A stretch of DNA of 64,000 nt from an archaeon (GCA_024276825.1 JAJRWI010000069.1:53459-117458); one strand, 5' to 3'; positions 29,513 through 40,074 are shown, numbered from the stretch's first letter. Notes: generated from the letters alone by a model not told the origin. Translations and numbers: made by a program.

Positions 29513-29833
29513 TTAAAAGGCAAGCCAAGAATATGCAGCCAATATTGCAGGTGCCACTAACACTGCAAGAAATACAATTATTGCTCCAGGAATGTAGAGA
29601 TCATGGTCCATCATCCAGAGTCCTAGATATGTATAAGCATAGGAGATCACACAAGCAGTAAATCCCATTACAATCACTGCAGGCAATGGAAGAGCAATAG
29701 CAAGAAATGCTCCGGGAGAGGTCCAGAGGAGACCATAAGTAAGAACAACAAAAGCGCCCCTGACTATTAGATAGTCCAGAATAGTTATGAAAAGACCAAC
29801 TTGGGAGAATGTAAGACGTGCTGAAAGACTCAT
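29513..29833 (-). CDS. Small membrane protein (about 3 TM)
   Basis: Highly hydrophobic 106-aa ORF filling the gap between genes. Confidence 0.65.
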   Translation of the reverse strand: MSLSARLTFSQVGLFITILDYLIVRGAFVVLTYGLLWTSPGAFLAIALPLPAVIVMGFTACVISYAYTYLGLWMMDHDLYIPGAIIVFLAVLVAPAILAAYSWLAF

Positions 29834-29915
29834 GATTGTTCATGCTTGAGATGTAGATTCTCCTAAAATATCCTTCCGCTACATCTAAAACGATTAGAGA
29901 TGTGTAAGTGTTGTA

Positions 29916-30872
29916 ATGAACGAAATAGCATGGAGAGTTTCTAGCATCGGACAGCTGTCTGTTCTACTTGAAGTCAGCTCACCCAAACCTGGAAATGTAA
30001 GTAGAAAGCGAAGATTCTCTGATACAGATTACAGGCATTTTCTGGCCAGTGCATCATTTCTAAATAGAGGGCTATACAGTGCTGCAAAGAGAGGGTATGA
30101 TCTCTCAAATGATGCAATCCCACTCGAACAACTTGAATTAGGTCAATTGATAAAGCAGTGTGCTCTTGACGTTTTGAAAGGATTAAACAAACGCAATACA
30201 TTGCTGGGAACAATTATTCTTTACATCCCGTTGGCAACAGCTGCAGGGGCTCTCCTTCATGAGAAAAGAGAGTTCACTGTAGATGGTTTTAGAAAGTGGC
30301 TGGCGTTCATATTAGAAAATACCACAAATGAAGATGCTATCGCTTTATACGAAGTGTTTCACACGATTGATGGGAGCAGAGGAGATCAAAACAAAGCAAT
30401 TAGAAACTGGACAGAAATCCATTCAAGGTATGACATCGACAATCCTAATGTCTATGAGAACTTACGTGAGGATAAGATAACACTCTTTCAGCTCTTTAAG
30501 ATTTCAGAGAATGTTGACACAATATCTCATGAATGGTCTGTTCATTACTCAACTGTTTTGGATGATGTCTTGCCGTATCTAAAAGAGAATTCTACAGGGC
30601 TTGATGACATTGAGGAGGCGGTTGTTAAGGCATTTATATGGCTGCTTGCAAATCAGATCGATGGCCTTATCGTAAAGAAGGCAGGACTAGAAATGGCCAG
30701 AAAAGTGACTGAGAAAGCGATGGAAGTAGTTGGGAGTAGATTCCAAAAGAAACAATTGGATGAACTCGATATATTGCTCTCATATAATGGGAATCAACTA
30801 AACCCAGGTTCAACAGCTGATCTGATATCTGCAGGCCTTTTTTGTAGGCTTCTTGAATTGGAGTTTCAATAA
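29916..30872 (+). CDS. citG: CitG-family triphosphoribosyl-dephospho-CoA synthase-like protein
   Basis: LEVSSPKPGNV, NTLLG, DGLIVKK, NPGSTADL. Confidence 0.88.
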   Translation: MNEIAWRVSSIGQLSVLLEVSSPKPGNVSRKRRFSDTDYRHFLASASFLNRGLYSAAKRGYDLSNDAIPLEQLELGQLIKQCALDVLKGLNKRNTLLGTIILYIPLATAAGALLHEKREFTVDGFRKWLAFILENTTNEDAIALYEVFHTIDGSRGDQNKAIRNWTEIHSRYDIDNPNVYENLREDKITLFQLFKISENVDTISHEWSVHYSTVLDDVLPYLKENSTGLDDIEEAVVKAFIWLLANQIDGLIVKKAGLEMARKVTEKAMEVVGSRFQKKQLDELDILLSYNGNQLNPGSTADLISAGLFCRLLELEFQ

Positions 30873-31058
30873 TCAGCCAATAATGCCACTGTAGACTATA
30901 GCAGCCAAGACAAATAGTATTATGGCAGAAGGGATTAGCATGATTTTTCCTTCCATCCGTTTAACAGCACGGACTTCTCGATTTGGCCCAAGATGGAAAC
31001 CAAGGATCAGAATTAGTCCCAATATGACAAGTGTCAATGCTAATCCTTCATGAGCCAT
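30873..31058 (-). CDS. Small two-TM membrane protein
   Basis: Two hydrophobic segments separated by a basic loop; GGTG RBS-like sequence upstream. Confidence 0.7.
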   Translation of the reverse strand: MAHEGLALTLVILGLILILGFHLGPNREVRAVKRMEGKIMLIPSAIILFVLAAIVYSGIIG

Positions 31059-31180
31059 TCTTTAACACACCAAAACTTGTTGAATACGAGTGACTATTAA
31101 CTCTAATGATTGATGAGAGAGTTCTTTACAATGCATTGGCAAGAAGGTCGTTAGAATATTGAAATATTAAGAACACACTC

Positions 31181-31447
31181 TTACATCAAGAACTGTCTAA
31201 ACACATGCTCATATTTCGCACGGAGTTCACGAGTCTTGTCGATGTCTGCAAGATAGAGCGGCTGTCGCATATCCCTAAGGTTAGGAATCTTTCGACACAG
31301 ATTTTGATTCATTAATTTTTGAAGAGCAAATGAAACTGTGCGCGGTGCCAAGTTTACCTTTTGACTGATGTCCTTGGGGGTCATTGGACCATCCTTTGCC
31401 AGTCTGCTCAAAACAATAATTGCACTTCTTGGAAGGTCAATAGACAA
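31181..31447 (-). CDS. Winged-helix (MarR/TrmB-like) transcriptional regulator
   Basis: LPRSA...GPMTPKDIS...LAPRTVSFALQKL...PNLRDMRQPLY. Confidence 0.85.
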   Translation of the reverse strand: MSIDLPRSAIIVLSRLAKDGPMTPKDISQKVNLAPRTVSFALQKLMNQNLCRKIPNLRDMRQPLYLADIDKTRELRAKYEHVFRQFLM

Positions 31448-31648
31448 TTAATTCACCCCATCATGATGAAAAACTCTCATTCTCTGATTATAATTCTTTC
31501 CCATTCAATATAAGCAATCGGTTAAACGCAGCAGAAACGAGAGAAAATAGTGGCTAAACCTATTCTTAGAAACAATTCAGTTCCAGCAACTAATTATCAG
31601 AAAAGGAGAAATAATCGAAACATTATTTGTTGTAATGAGGTCATAGAA

Positions 31649-32638
31649 TTGGACAGGGTGTTTGTCACTCGAATGATTCCCGAATCAGGAATAAAGATGA
31701 TGAAAGGAGCACTTGATGTGCGAATCTGGGAGAATAAGATGCCACCATCTAAGAAAGAGATAATTGAGAGATCTAAAGGGTGTGTTGGCCTAGTAAGTCT
31801 TCTCTCAGACCCAATTGATGCAGAGCTGATGGGCTGCCTTGATGATTTGAAGGTCATATCGCAATATGCAGTTGGATATGACAATATTGATGTTCAAGCA
31901 GCAACTGAAAGAGGGATAATTGTGACCAACACGCCAGGCGTCCTTACGGAAACTACTGCCGACCTTACTTGGGCATTAATCATGGCAGCCTCTCGTAGAA
32001 TTGGAGAGGCCGAGAGATTCGTAAGAAGGGGTGATTGGAAAGTTGCGTGGGGGCCCCAGATGCTTCTGGGAAATGACATCTTTGGTGCAACATTGGGAAT
32101 AATTGGACTCGGGAGGATTGGAGAGGCAGTGGCCAGAAGGTCCGAGGGATTTGAAATGAGAGTGCTCTATACAACAAGAAGTAGCAACGAGAGGACTGAG
32201 AGAGTCGAAAAGGAGCTAAACGCCACACGAGTTGACTTGGACACCCTATTACAAGAATCGGATATTATTTCTATTCATGTTCCTTTGACCAATGAAACTA
32301 GGGGCTTTATTGGTAAGAGAGAGTTTGCTATGATGAAAAAGGGATCTATCTTTATCAATACTTCTCGCGGTGCAGTGGTTGATGAGAGGGCCCTAGTGGA
32401 GAGTCTAAAGTCAGGCCATCTCGGTGCGGCAGGACTTGATGTGTTTCAAAATGAGCCTATTCACATGGATAACCCATTATTGAAACTTGAGAATGTTGTG
32501 CTTGTCCCTCATATTGGAAGTGCCAGCTTTGCGACTAGATCAAAAATGTCAACAATGGTCGCAGAGAACGTAATCACTGCATTAAAAGGCGAAAGACCCC
32601 CAAATATAGTCAATCCAGAGGTGTTGAATAATGAGTAG
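31649..32638 (+). CDS. gyaR: Glyoxylate reductase / D-2-hydroxyacid dehydrogenase
   Basis: RVFVTR, AVGYDNID, TNTPGVLTETTAD, GLGRIG, INTSRG, LDVF..EP, PHIGSA; start set at TTG 31649 after GAGGT. Confidence 0.92.
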   Translation: MDRVFVTRMIPESGIKMMKGALDVRIWENKMPPSKKEIIERSKGCVGLVSLLSDPIDAELMGCLDDLKVISQYAVGYDNIDVQAATERGIIVTNTPGVLTETTADLTWALIMAASRRIGEAERFVRRGDWKVAWGPQMLLGNDIFGATLGIIGLGRIGEAVARRSEGFEMRVLYTTRSSNERTERVEKELNATRVDLDTLLQESDIISIHVPLTNETRGFIGKREFAMMKKGSIFINTSRGAVVDERALVESLKSGHLGAAGLDVFQNEPIHMDNPLLKLENVVLVPHIGSASFATRSKMSTMVAENVITALKGERPPNIVNPEVLNNE

Positions 32639-33164
32639 AGAATGTCTTGATAGTCTGACTAGTAGGGTTTCAGTCAGAAAACTGTCTGGGACTATTGACG
32701 ATGAGGGTATCAATAGACTCCTTGAAGTGGCTGTTGCTGCACCATCAGCTGGCAATATGCAACCATGGAGAATAGTTGTGGTAAAAGACAATGAGAAGAA
32801 GAAACAACTTGCAGAAGCTGCTCTTGGACAATCATTTGTGGCATCAGCACCGGTTGTTTTTGTGATTTGTGCAGTTCCAGATGAATCAGCTGCTCGTTAT
32901 CATGACAGAGGACGATTTCTATATGTTCTCCAAGACACAGCAGCGCTAACTCTTCAATTATTGCTAGCAGCACATATGATGGGATATGGAGCCTGCTGGG
33001 TAGGTGCATTTGCTGAAGAAATGGTTGTTGATGTTCTTAATATTCCCAGCAATATGAGACCTATATCTATAATTCCAGTTGGACAGATTCAAGGAACACT
33101 GCCAGCAAAGAGACCCAGACGGGATCTTGTTGAAATTGTTGTATCAGAATCATTTGAAAAATGA
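32631..33164 (+). CDS. Nitroreductase family protein
   Basis: RVSVRK, APSAGNMQPW, GYGACWVGAF. Confidence 0.92.
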   Translation: MSRECLDSLTSRVSVRKLSGTIDDEGINRLLEVAVAAPSAGNMQPWRIVVVKDNEKKKQLAEAALGQSFVASAPVVFVICAVPDESAARYHDRGRFLYVLQDTAALTLQLLLAAHMMGYGACWVGAFAEEMVVDVLNIPSNMRPISIIPVGQIQGTLPAKRPRRDLVEIVVSESFEK

Positions 33165-33330
33165 TAAAACATAGCTAATCATGGCATTATATTATTTTGA
33201 CAAGTCCCAGAGTTTGACGATTGCTTGTCATGCTAGAACTTTCTGATCAGAATGGTTTTCGTAGAAATTATGCTTTCTAAATTTCACTTTTGCAGACAGA
33301 TATGAGCGTGAAATAGCAAAGTCAAATTAA

Positions 33331-33365
33331 AGAAAAAAAAGAGAGTGTAGGGGACTTTCGTCCCC
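33331..33365 (-). terminator. Hairpin plus U-tract terminator after the large S8 protease
   Basis: Minus strand GGGGAC-GAAA-GTCCCC followed by TACACTCTC and T8. Confidence 0.7.
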
Positions 33366-33381
33366 GCTAATTGTGCTAGGC

Positions 33382-36300
33382 CTATCGCTTCTTCACGAGG
33401 AAGAGGATCAACACGACAACGACACCAACACCAACACCAGCAATGAGTCCGAGAATCATCGGGTCTAATCCACCAGTCACGGGTGTTGTGGTGGTAGTCT
33501 CAGGTGGTGGAGTTGTGGTCGGTGTGGGCACAGGCACGGTACCAGCTGTGAAGGTATCGCTCTCGATGGAGTCAGACAGACCCATCCAGTATCCAGTTGC
33601 AACAGATGGATTAACAGTTGGATCATTGTCGTAGACTCTCACCATGAAGCGGTAAGTGTCCTTCTGGTAGAATCCGGTTGAGTCCCACGTGTAGGTTGTA
33701 TCGGTCAGATTCTTGGAAAGTAGCTGGTATGTCAGACCGCCGTCGGATGACAGCAGTACTTCGTAGTAGAGATCATCGCCTGCGTTCTTGTCGGTTGCAT
33801 TCCAAGTGAGAGTTACTGTTGCACCAGACACGCTGACATCAACGCCAGTCAGTTTGGGTGCAAAGAAGTTCTGGAATGTCAGAGCGGCCAGGTTCACTTC
33901 AAAACCAATGTTGGTCTCAGTGTCTGCGACAATCTGGACCTGGAAAGTACCGTTCTTCAAGAACTGGTATGTATCGTAGGTCACAGATGCGCCATCAGCG
34001 GACTCGTATACACCAACACGGGTGTCCACGATGAGCTCAAAGGAACCCTCTTCCAAGTCATAGTCGAAGATACCGAACATTACTGAACCAGAGCGGTCAG
34101 CAGTGAATGAACCATGTTCTGGCTTAGCACCAGTGGCCATCTGATCTCCGAGTAGGTTGTTGTTGTATGTCCATGTGGAGTTGTCAGTATCAGCCCACCA
34201 AGCCATGATGTCACAGTCGCCATTTGTGAAGTCAACAGTTACTGCGACATTGTCACCCTCCTTGATTCCATCAACTTTCATCCAGGCGAACTGGTCAAGT
34301 TGTACTGGAGCACCCGAGAATGGGTTGTAGTTGGAATCAGGTATGACTAGTGTGCCGACCTCATCGAAGAAGATTCCTGAGAGGAATCCAATCTGGATAT
34401 CGGACACCTCAAACTCTGGCATGTTTGGTAGGTTGAACTCAGGATAGGTCGCGTTGATCACGACATGGTCTCCAACAAGGGTGTCGCCATCAGCAACAGC
34501 CTGGGCCTCAGTCACATCATTGGCTGTGTAGCTTAGAATCACATCCTGTGCAGTCAGTGACTCGTACCACATTACCTCTAATGTGTAGTTGACTGGCAGC
34601 CTGTCGGTGCCGTTCAGCCCTATTGGGTGCATGAACAGGTAGTAGTCGCCAATTCCATCAATCTCTGCAAGTACTGCGGTGGTTGTTGGGGTCTTAGCTG
34701 AACCCTCACCCAATATGAAGTTCGTGTTGTCTAGAACTGCAACATACATGTCGTTGCCTGTGTTGTCCCAGATCACACGGACACCAAGGTAGCTGGCATT
34801 CTCATGAGGCACATGGATTGCGTAGGTTCTGAAGTCCCAGTCATCTGGATCTGACTCCATGCAACCCCAGACTGCATTGTCATATGGACGCAACTCAGTG
34901 TTGGTGTTAGGCACAATTGTGTTGACCTCACCTTCAGCAGCTGAGATGTTGGCTTTGACCATTACTGACCATGGGACCATTAAGGACCCAATCATGACAT
35001 AGCCAGTGTGGATACCATACTCAGTCGGAGCGGTGTAGGTAATGTTGACTGAATAACTAGCACCACCATCAGCAAATACGATGGGTGCAGGTGTTGTGTC
35101 CCAGAATGTGACTGTACAGGTGAATGGATTACCAGTGGTGTTCCACCAAGTGACACCTGTGTCAAATAGTGGGTCATGAATGACCAGAGTCAAATTACCC
35201 TCTAGTACTGCCTCAAAGTTAGCGGCAGTCACTCCGAATGGGATGATGTTGGTATTGCCATCATCAGAGGCTGATGTGATTCTTGTCAGCTCGTTGCCTT
35301 GACCACTTGTGGCGTTCCATAGGTTGGGCATTCCGTCACCATTGACATCTTCCCAATCGTAGAGGAACATCCATGGGTTGCCAGCATCGAGATCTGCAGG
35401 ATCAAATGATACTGCTACAGTCATGTAGTTGTAGTTGGCCAATGCGGTGTCGAAAGCTGAACCAATTGCTGCACTGAGGTTGTAGTATCCATACATCTGC
35501 TCGTCCTTCATGACGGTGTCATTGTAGGAGAATGTCACATCGGTAAATGTGAAGGTGTCGCCTTCAATGAAGTAGTATGCTGACTGTGCACCAAGACCAG
35601 CATAGGCCTCGGGAGTGTCAAACATATTGCCTGCAGCAGTGTACACATTGTAGTGCACAGTGGCAGTATCACTAGGATAGACCTCTCCGAAGTAGATTCC
35701 ACCATCGTAGATGTCAGACGCTAGAGGTGTAGCAGTGTTGTTAACAGTGTATCCCATGATTGAGCTGGGTAGAATACCCCAGTATGCCCAAGCATCGCCA
35801 AGTAGTTGCATGAAGTAGTTGTATGAATCAACTGTGGCTCCAACAAGACCTCCATTGACAACAAAGTCAATTGCATCATATGCATCGACTCTACCAAAGC
35901 CCTGCTCGGCGGGGTTGTAGCCAAGATCAGTTGCTGTGCTCTGAATGATTGTCTTCAGCATTGGTGCAGTCCAGGTAACGGAATTGTCATTGAGTGCCTC
36001 AACGAGTAGTGCAACAACACCAGCTGCAACTGGAGCTGCCTGGCTTGTACCAGCAAAGAGCGTGTAGTTGGCCTCATAAGCTGGATTCCACCATGGACCA
36101 GCACTCCAACCGCCTGCAAAGTATGAGTAGTACCATGGAATTGCGGCATAGCCTGCAAGGCCAGGTGCAACAACATCAGGCTTTGGATATCCATCGAAGG
36201 ATGGACCTCTGCTGCTGAATGATGCAATGCTCTCATAGTCCATCTGATCAGGACCGTAGAGATACTCGAGCCAGTGGCTGCTTGTGGAAGCACCAACAGT

Positions 36301-38127
36301 CAAGACGCCTGCAGCTGAACCAGGTGGTCCAATTGTCATGTATCCAGCGCCTTCGTTGCCAGCAGAGAAGACATGAAGTACACCCTCATAGCTGGGATCA
36401 AGGATGCCAGGTGAAGACAGGACCTCCCAAGTCAGTGAGAGATAGTCAAACTGACTGGATGGCTCAGTCACCCAACCCCAAGAGTTGGAAACAAGATCAG
36501 CCTTGTGATTACCAGTGTAGTAGAACTCACCAGATGTTTCATTTAGATCGAAACCACAGACCCATAGGTAGGCACCATAGTCTGCAAGTCCAGACAGAGC
36601 GCGGACAGACATGATCTTAGCACCAGGTGCAATACCTTCCATGTTGAAGTAAGACTTGTTGTCCTCGTTGTACCACTGCATGCCTTGAGCTGCGATGTGG
36701 CTTGCTGTGGCAGTACCGTGATTTCCATCATCTGTCAGAAGACCGAAGGCCATACCATCGTCTCTGAAGCCGTGGAACATTGGGTCGTCATCAAACCAAC
36801 CAGAACCATCATACAGCCAGGCAAGTGCACCAAGGCTGAAGTCGTCAACGCCGTCACCATTCATGTCAGCGGCAACGACAGGGTTGGTAAGATCAAAGAC
36901 CTCATCATCGGTAAAGTCCCAGTCAAACTGTGCAACGATTGCATCACGAGTGGCATTGTCTGTCAGATCATATGCCTCGTAGTAGATTGCACCGTCCCAC
37001 ATGTCAGTGAATCCAGCTGCGTCCTCCCAGTTGATTATAAGCTTGTACTGCTTATCAGCTGTGGAGTTGTACACCAGACAGGGTGCGAACACCTTAGCGT
37101 ATGGTGAGCTGTGCTGCTGGAACACCCAGTTGACTGTGTAGTTTCCATTCACATTGCTTGGGTCAGGTAGCTTCCAATCCCTGATAATGTAATCAAGGAT
37201 GTCACCCATGTCGATACCCCAGTAGTAGGCATAGAGCCAGATGAAGCCGACTCTGCTGTAGTATGGGTGGGATGGATCACCATCACCGTAGAGGTATCGT
37301 GGGCTACCACCATTGTTTAGCAATGGATCCCAACCAGTGACGTTCAGGAATGTACCACTTGCGTTGGTGTAGGTCAGTAAGTTACCTGCTGCAACCCACT
37401 CAGTGATGTTATCAACTGGAGTAGTGTTTGCAATCTGTAGAAATGTTAGACCCTCACCTGTCGGATCGTATGAGTCTATACTATAGGCATCCTGAAGAAC
37501 TGGGTTACCAAAGTCTGTACCAGTGTCGATCAGACCCACAGTGACGCCAGAACCATTCACATTGAATGTGCTGGATGCTGTGTCTGCGTCAACAACCTCT
37601 TTGATTATGTCCATATCGACAGCACGCGTACCGAGATTCAAGCTGTCGATCTCACGAGCCAAGTCGTCTTTGATTGGCACTCTTGACACATCTGCGTCAA
37701 TGATGCCGACGCCCTTGAGCTCAGCGAGCTTGTTCAGTTGGTCGGGTGATGACACTGAAACTGCAAATGATTTCATTATGACAAGGTCAACAAACCAGTC
37801 GACATTCACGATCTCTTTGACGGCATCAACGTCCACATTGGGAGATGCCACAACGAGAGCGCGGATATCGCCATTCTGCTTTGTGACGACCATGTCGCTC
37901 AGGTCCCCTGTCTCCATCCATTCGGCCAAGAGCGGGTCTATTCTAGCGGTGAAGCCTGGCTGTGCCAGTTCTTCGTACCACTGTTCAACCTGTTCTTGAG
38001 CTTTTGGAGAGAGCACAGGAGCAGGAGCTTTTTCTGCTCTGGCCACAGGACCTACAGGGGCCATAAACATGGAAAATGTAAGAACGGCCACGAAGAGCAG
38101 AACTGCAATTTTTCTTGCTTTGCTCAT
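33382..38127 (-). CDS. Large membrane-anchored S8 (subtilisin-like) serine protease, 1581 aa
   Basis: Signal peptide; triad LIDTG / HGTATAS / GTSQAAP; SAGNEG; FSSRGP..KPDV; beta-rich C-terminal domains, Pro/Thr linker, TM plus KKR. Confidence 0.93.
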   Translation of the reverse strand: MSKARKIAVLLFVAVLTFSMFMAPVGPVARAEKAPAPVLSPKAQEQVEQWYEELAQPGFTARIDPLLAEWMETGDLSDMVVTKQNGDIRALVVASPNVDVDAVKEIVNVDWFVDLVIMKSFAVSVSSPDQLNKLAELKGVGIIDADVSRVPIKDDLAREIDSLNLGTRAVDMDIIKEVVDADTASSTFNVNGSGVTVGLIDTGTDFGNPVLQDAYSIDSYDPTGEGLTFLQIANTTPVDNITEWVAAGNLLTYTNASGTFLNVTGWDPLLNNGGSPRYLYGDGDPSHPYYSRVGFIWLYAYYWGIDMGDILDYIIRDWKLPDPSNVNGNYTVNWVFQQHSSPYAKVFAPCLVYNSTADKQYKLIINWEDAAGFTDMWDGAIYYEAYDLTDNATRDAIVAQFDWDFTDDEVFDLTNPVVAADMNGDGVDDFSLGALAWLYDGSGWFDDDPMFHGFRDDGMAFGLLTDDGNHGTATASHIAAQGMQWYNEDNKSYFNMEGIAPGAKIMSVRALSGLADYGAYLWVCGFDLNETSGEFYYTGNHKADLVSNSWGWVTEPSSQFDYLSLTWEVLSSPGILDPSYEGVLHVFSAGNEGAGYMTIGPPGSAAGVLTVGASTSSHWLEYLYGPDQMDYESIASFSSRGPSFDGYPKPDVVAPGLAGYAAIPWYYSYFAGGWSAGPWWNPAYEANYTLFAGTSQAAPVAAGVVALLVEALNDNSVTWTAPMLKTIIQSTATDLGYNPAEQGFGRVDAYDAIDFVVNGGLVGATVDSYNYFMQLLGDAWAYWGILPSSIMGYTVNNTATPLASDIYDGGIYFGEVYPSDTATVHYNVYTAAGNMFDTPEAYAGLGAQSAYYFIEGDTFTFTDVTFSYNDTVMKDEQMYGYYNLSAAIGSAFDTALANYNYMTVAVSFDPADLDAGNPWMFLYDWEDVNGDGMPNLWNATSGQGNELTRITSASDDGNTNIIPFGVTAANFEAVLEGNLTLVIHDPLFDTGVTWWNTTGNPFTCTVTFWDTTPAPIVFADGGASYSVNITYTAPTEYGIHTGYVMIGSLMVPWSVMVKANISAAEGEVNTIVPNTNTELRPYDNAVWGCMESDPDDWDFRTYAIHVPHENASYLGVRVIWDNTGNDMYVAVLDNTNFILGEGSAKTPTTTAVLAEIDGIGDYYLFMHPIGLNGTDRLPVNYTLEVMWYESLTAQDVILSYTANDVTEAQAVADGDTLVGDHVVINATYPEFNLPNMPEFEVSDIQIGFLSGIFFDEVGTLVIPDSNYNPFSGAPVQLDQFAWMKVDGIKEGDNVAVTVDFTNGDCDIMAWWADTDNSTWTYNNNLLGDQMATGAKPEHGSFTADRSGSVMFGIFDYDLEEGSFELIVDTRVGVYESADGASVTYDTYQFLKNGTFQVQIVADTETNIGFEVNLAALTFQNFFAPKLTGVDVSVSGATVTLTWNATDKNAGDDLYYEVLLSSDGGLTYQLLSKNLTDTTYTWDSTGFYQKDTYRFMVRVYDNDPTVNPSVATGYWMGLSDSIESDTFTAGTVPVPTPTTTPPPETTTTTPVTGGLDPMILGLIAGVGVGVVVVLILFLVKKR

Positions 38128-38153
38128 TGTTACTCTTTCTCCTCACTTCTTTT

Positions 38154-38293
38154 GTAGAGAGTGTGCGGGCAAGCCGTATGTATATGGTCTTACCTCTCTT
38201 TTGCATACCATTCTCCAGCACCCGCCTAGAACACATATCCCCGGGGTCAAAGCGGGTACCTCTCCTCATAACACATTCTCTACTTTGAATGTG
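38154..38293 (-). promoter_or_regulatory. Structured 5' leader of the large S8 protease gene
   Basis: Closing stem GTAGAGAATGTG / CACACTCTCTAC, inner stems GGTACCCGCTT / AGGCGGGTGCT and ATGGT / ACCAT; CTTAAAT TATA-like box near 38321-38327. Confidence 0.5.
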
Positions 38294-38533
38294 ATTGTAT
38301 CTCTTTGCGCGCACGCTATCATTTAAGGGTTACGACTATATTGATAATGGAATATCAGATATGCGCATCATAAAGGAGTAAAACATGGTTATACTTACCC
38401 TGTATCAAGAAAAAATGAGTTATATAGTTGAAATGGTCTAGTTTTGCCCCCATTATCGATAAGTCATTCCAAACATGATCTGAAATATCATCATCTGATT
38501 AATTAAAAAGTAAACTGTTTTTCGCAATACGAG

Positions 38534-38556
38534 AAAAGGGGGAGAATATTCCCCCT
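38534..38556 (-). terminator. Hairpin plus short U-tract overlapping the stop codon of the coiled-coil gene
   Basis: Minus strand AGGGGGA-ATATTC-TCCCCCT-TTT. Confidence 0.55.
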
Positions 38557-39658
38557 AACTTGTCTGACGAATAATTTTCTTAATTGTGTCAACTACGTCA
38601 TGCATCAAAATGACTGCGCCGATTAGTTCCACACGAGGCTCTTCAATTGGCTTGTCTGGAGGGGGACTTGTGAGTTTGTCAATTGATTTCCCTAGAGCCT
38701 CCAGTAAGCCTGTAAGCACTTGCTGAGAGGCAGGATCAATATTGCTTGATGAGATCTGTTGTGTCAATTGGGCAAACTCGGTCACTACGCTATCAAGAAC
38801 ATCATTCGCAAACTGAGAACGCTTCTGATACTCCTCCATCTTGCTTTGAAGTTCCTCCACTTGCTTGCGCAGATTTGCAAGAACATCAGACTCGACTGTG
38901 GGAGCAGTTGAACTTGCTGCAAGTTCAGCCTCGAGTTCCTGAATCTTATCTTGCAGGTTACTGATTGTCTGGTCCTTAGCAGAAATAGTCTGGAGAAGTT
39001 CTGCTTCAATCTCAGAGGTGTCAACAGGAGCCGCCATAGTTGCTGTTATTCTGGCAATCTCAGCCTCTCGTTCCTGAATGCTCTCCTTTAGACTTGAAAC
39101 CTCTTGATCAAGACTGGACAAAGCCTCCTCTTTCTGTGATAGAAACTCGTTCAGTTTCTTATTCTCAGCTTCCAATTCCTGCAGCGCCTTTCGTACTTGT
39201 TCATATTCTGACCGGACCTCTTTGAGTTCATTATTAAGGCGTTGAAAGTCAGGATCAGGAGGGGCAATCACCCGCATGGATAAAAGTGTAAACAGCACAG
39301 CAATAATCACAACATATGCAGTTCCAATTATCACAGAGCCAAATAGTGTGTCAGTCATCCATTGAAGACCTGCAATGAAATAGCCCCAAGAACCGAATGT
39401 CAATTCTTCGGGACCCCACCAATAAGACCCATATCCACCGTATATTACAAGTAGAATCGATGTCAAAAAGCAGACAATTCCAAAGAATAGTGTAATGTTT
39501 CTCTTGATACTCTCATGGTCCATATATCTTTGATAGAGTAGTAGAATCAGACCTATGAACAGCAAAGGAATTACATAAGGCAACACCGCAATGAGGTCAC
39601 TGCCAGGGAATTGAAAGTCAATCAACAGGGTTATTTCTGGAAAGGGCTGGCCGGTCAT
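38555..39658 (-). CDS. Membrane protein with long C-terminal coiled coil
   Basis: Three to four N-terminal TM segments, then E/Q/K/L-rich heptad sequence. Confidence 0.8.
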   Translation of the reverse strand: MTGQPFPEITLLIDFQFPGSDLIAVLPYVIPLLFIGLILLLYQRYMDHESIKRNITLFFGIVCFLTSILLVIYGGYGSYWWGPEELTFGSWGYFIAGLQWMTDTLFGSVIIGTAYVVIIAVLFTLLSMRVIAPPDPDFQRLNNELKEVRSEYEQVRKALQELEAENKKLNEFLSQKEEALSSLDQEVSSLKESIQEREAEIARITATMAAPVDTSEIEAELLQTISAKDQTISNLQDKIQELEAELAASSTAPTVESDVLANLRKQVEELQSKMEEYQKRSQFANDVLDSVVTEFAQLTQQISSSNIDPASQQVLTGLLEALGKSIDKLTSPPPDKPIEEPRVELIGAVILMHDVVDTIKKIIRQTS

Positions 39659-39780
39659 CTATTTTCCTCCATGAATTTACAATGAAAATAGAATACTTTG
39701 CGAAATAAATACTCTTTTACAATAGATTCAGCAATACAAAATCAAAAGAAGGAGCCCAATATCGCTATCGGATACCGAGA

Positions 39781-40074
39781 TTATTCTGACCAAAGACGGG
39801 CCTTTTCAATTTCATGCTCCGCCACTATTAACTCCAGCACCTTCATTAATCGACATGCCTCATCAATTGATAGAAGAAAGGCACCTTTGACATTGCTGTC
39901 TTCACCAAGAGATATCCGAATCTTACCATCATTCACCCATCCCTCTGGGCTTCGTCCAGGACTTTGAAATTGTACCTCCATCCAAGTCCTGCGCTTTGCT
40001 CCTGTTTGTCTATCTTCAAAGAAGTGTTTCAATTGCAACCTGCGTCTGTACTGACCTTCACCCATTTTTATCAT
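39781..40074 (-). CDS. Small protein with possible PC4/Whirly-like nucleic-acid-binding fold
   Basis: Beta-strand pattern followed by KGAFLLSIDEACRLMKVLE helix; start may be 40065. Confidence 0.65.
   Translation of the reverse strand: MIKMGEGQYRRRLQLKHFFEDRQTGAKRRTWMEVQFQSPGRSPEGWVNDGKIRISLGEDSNVKGAFLLSIDEACRLMKVLELIVAEHEIEKARLWSE

Noticed and set aside
38154-38293. Glycine riboswitch
   Set aside because: TATGAGGAGAG resembles the aptamer start, but the conserved CCGAAG and CTYTCAGG elements are missing
37985-38326. ORFs 37985-38314 (-) and 38069-38326 (+)
   Set aside because: They overlap the protease start and its structured leader, and their composition is not protein-like
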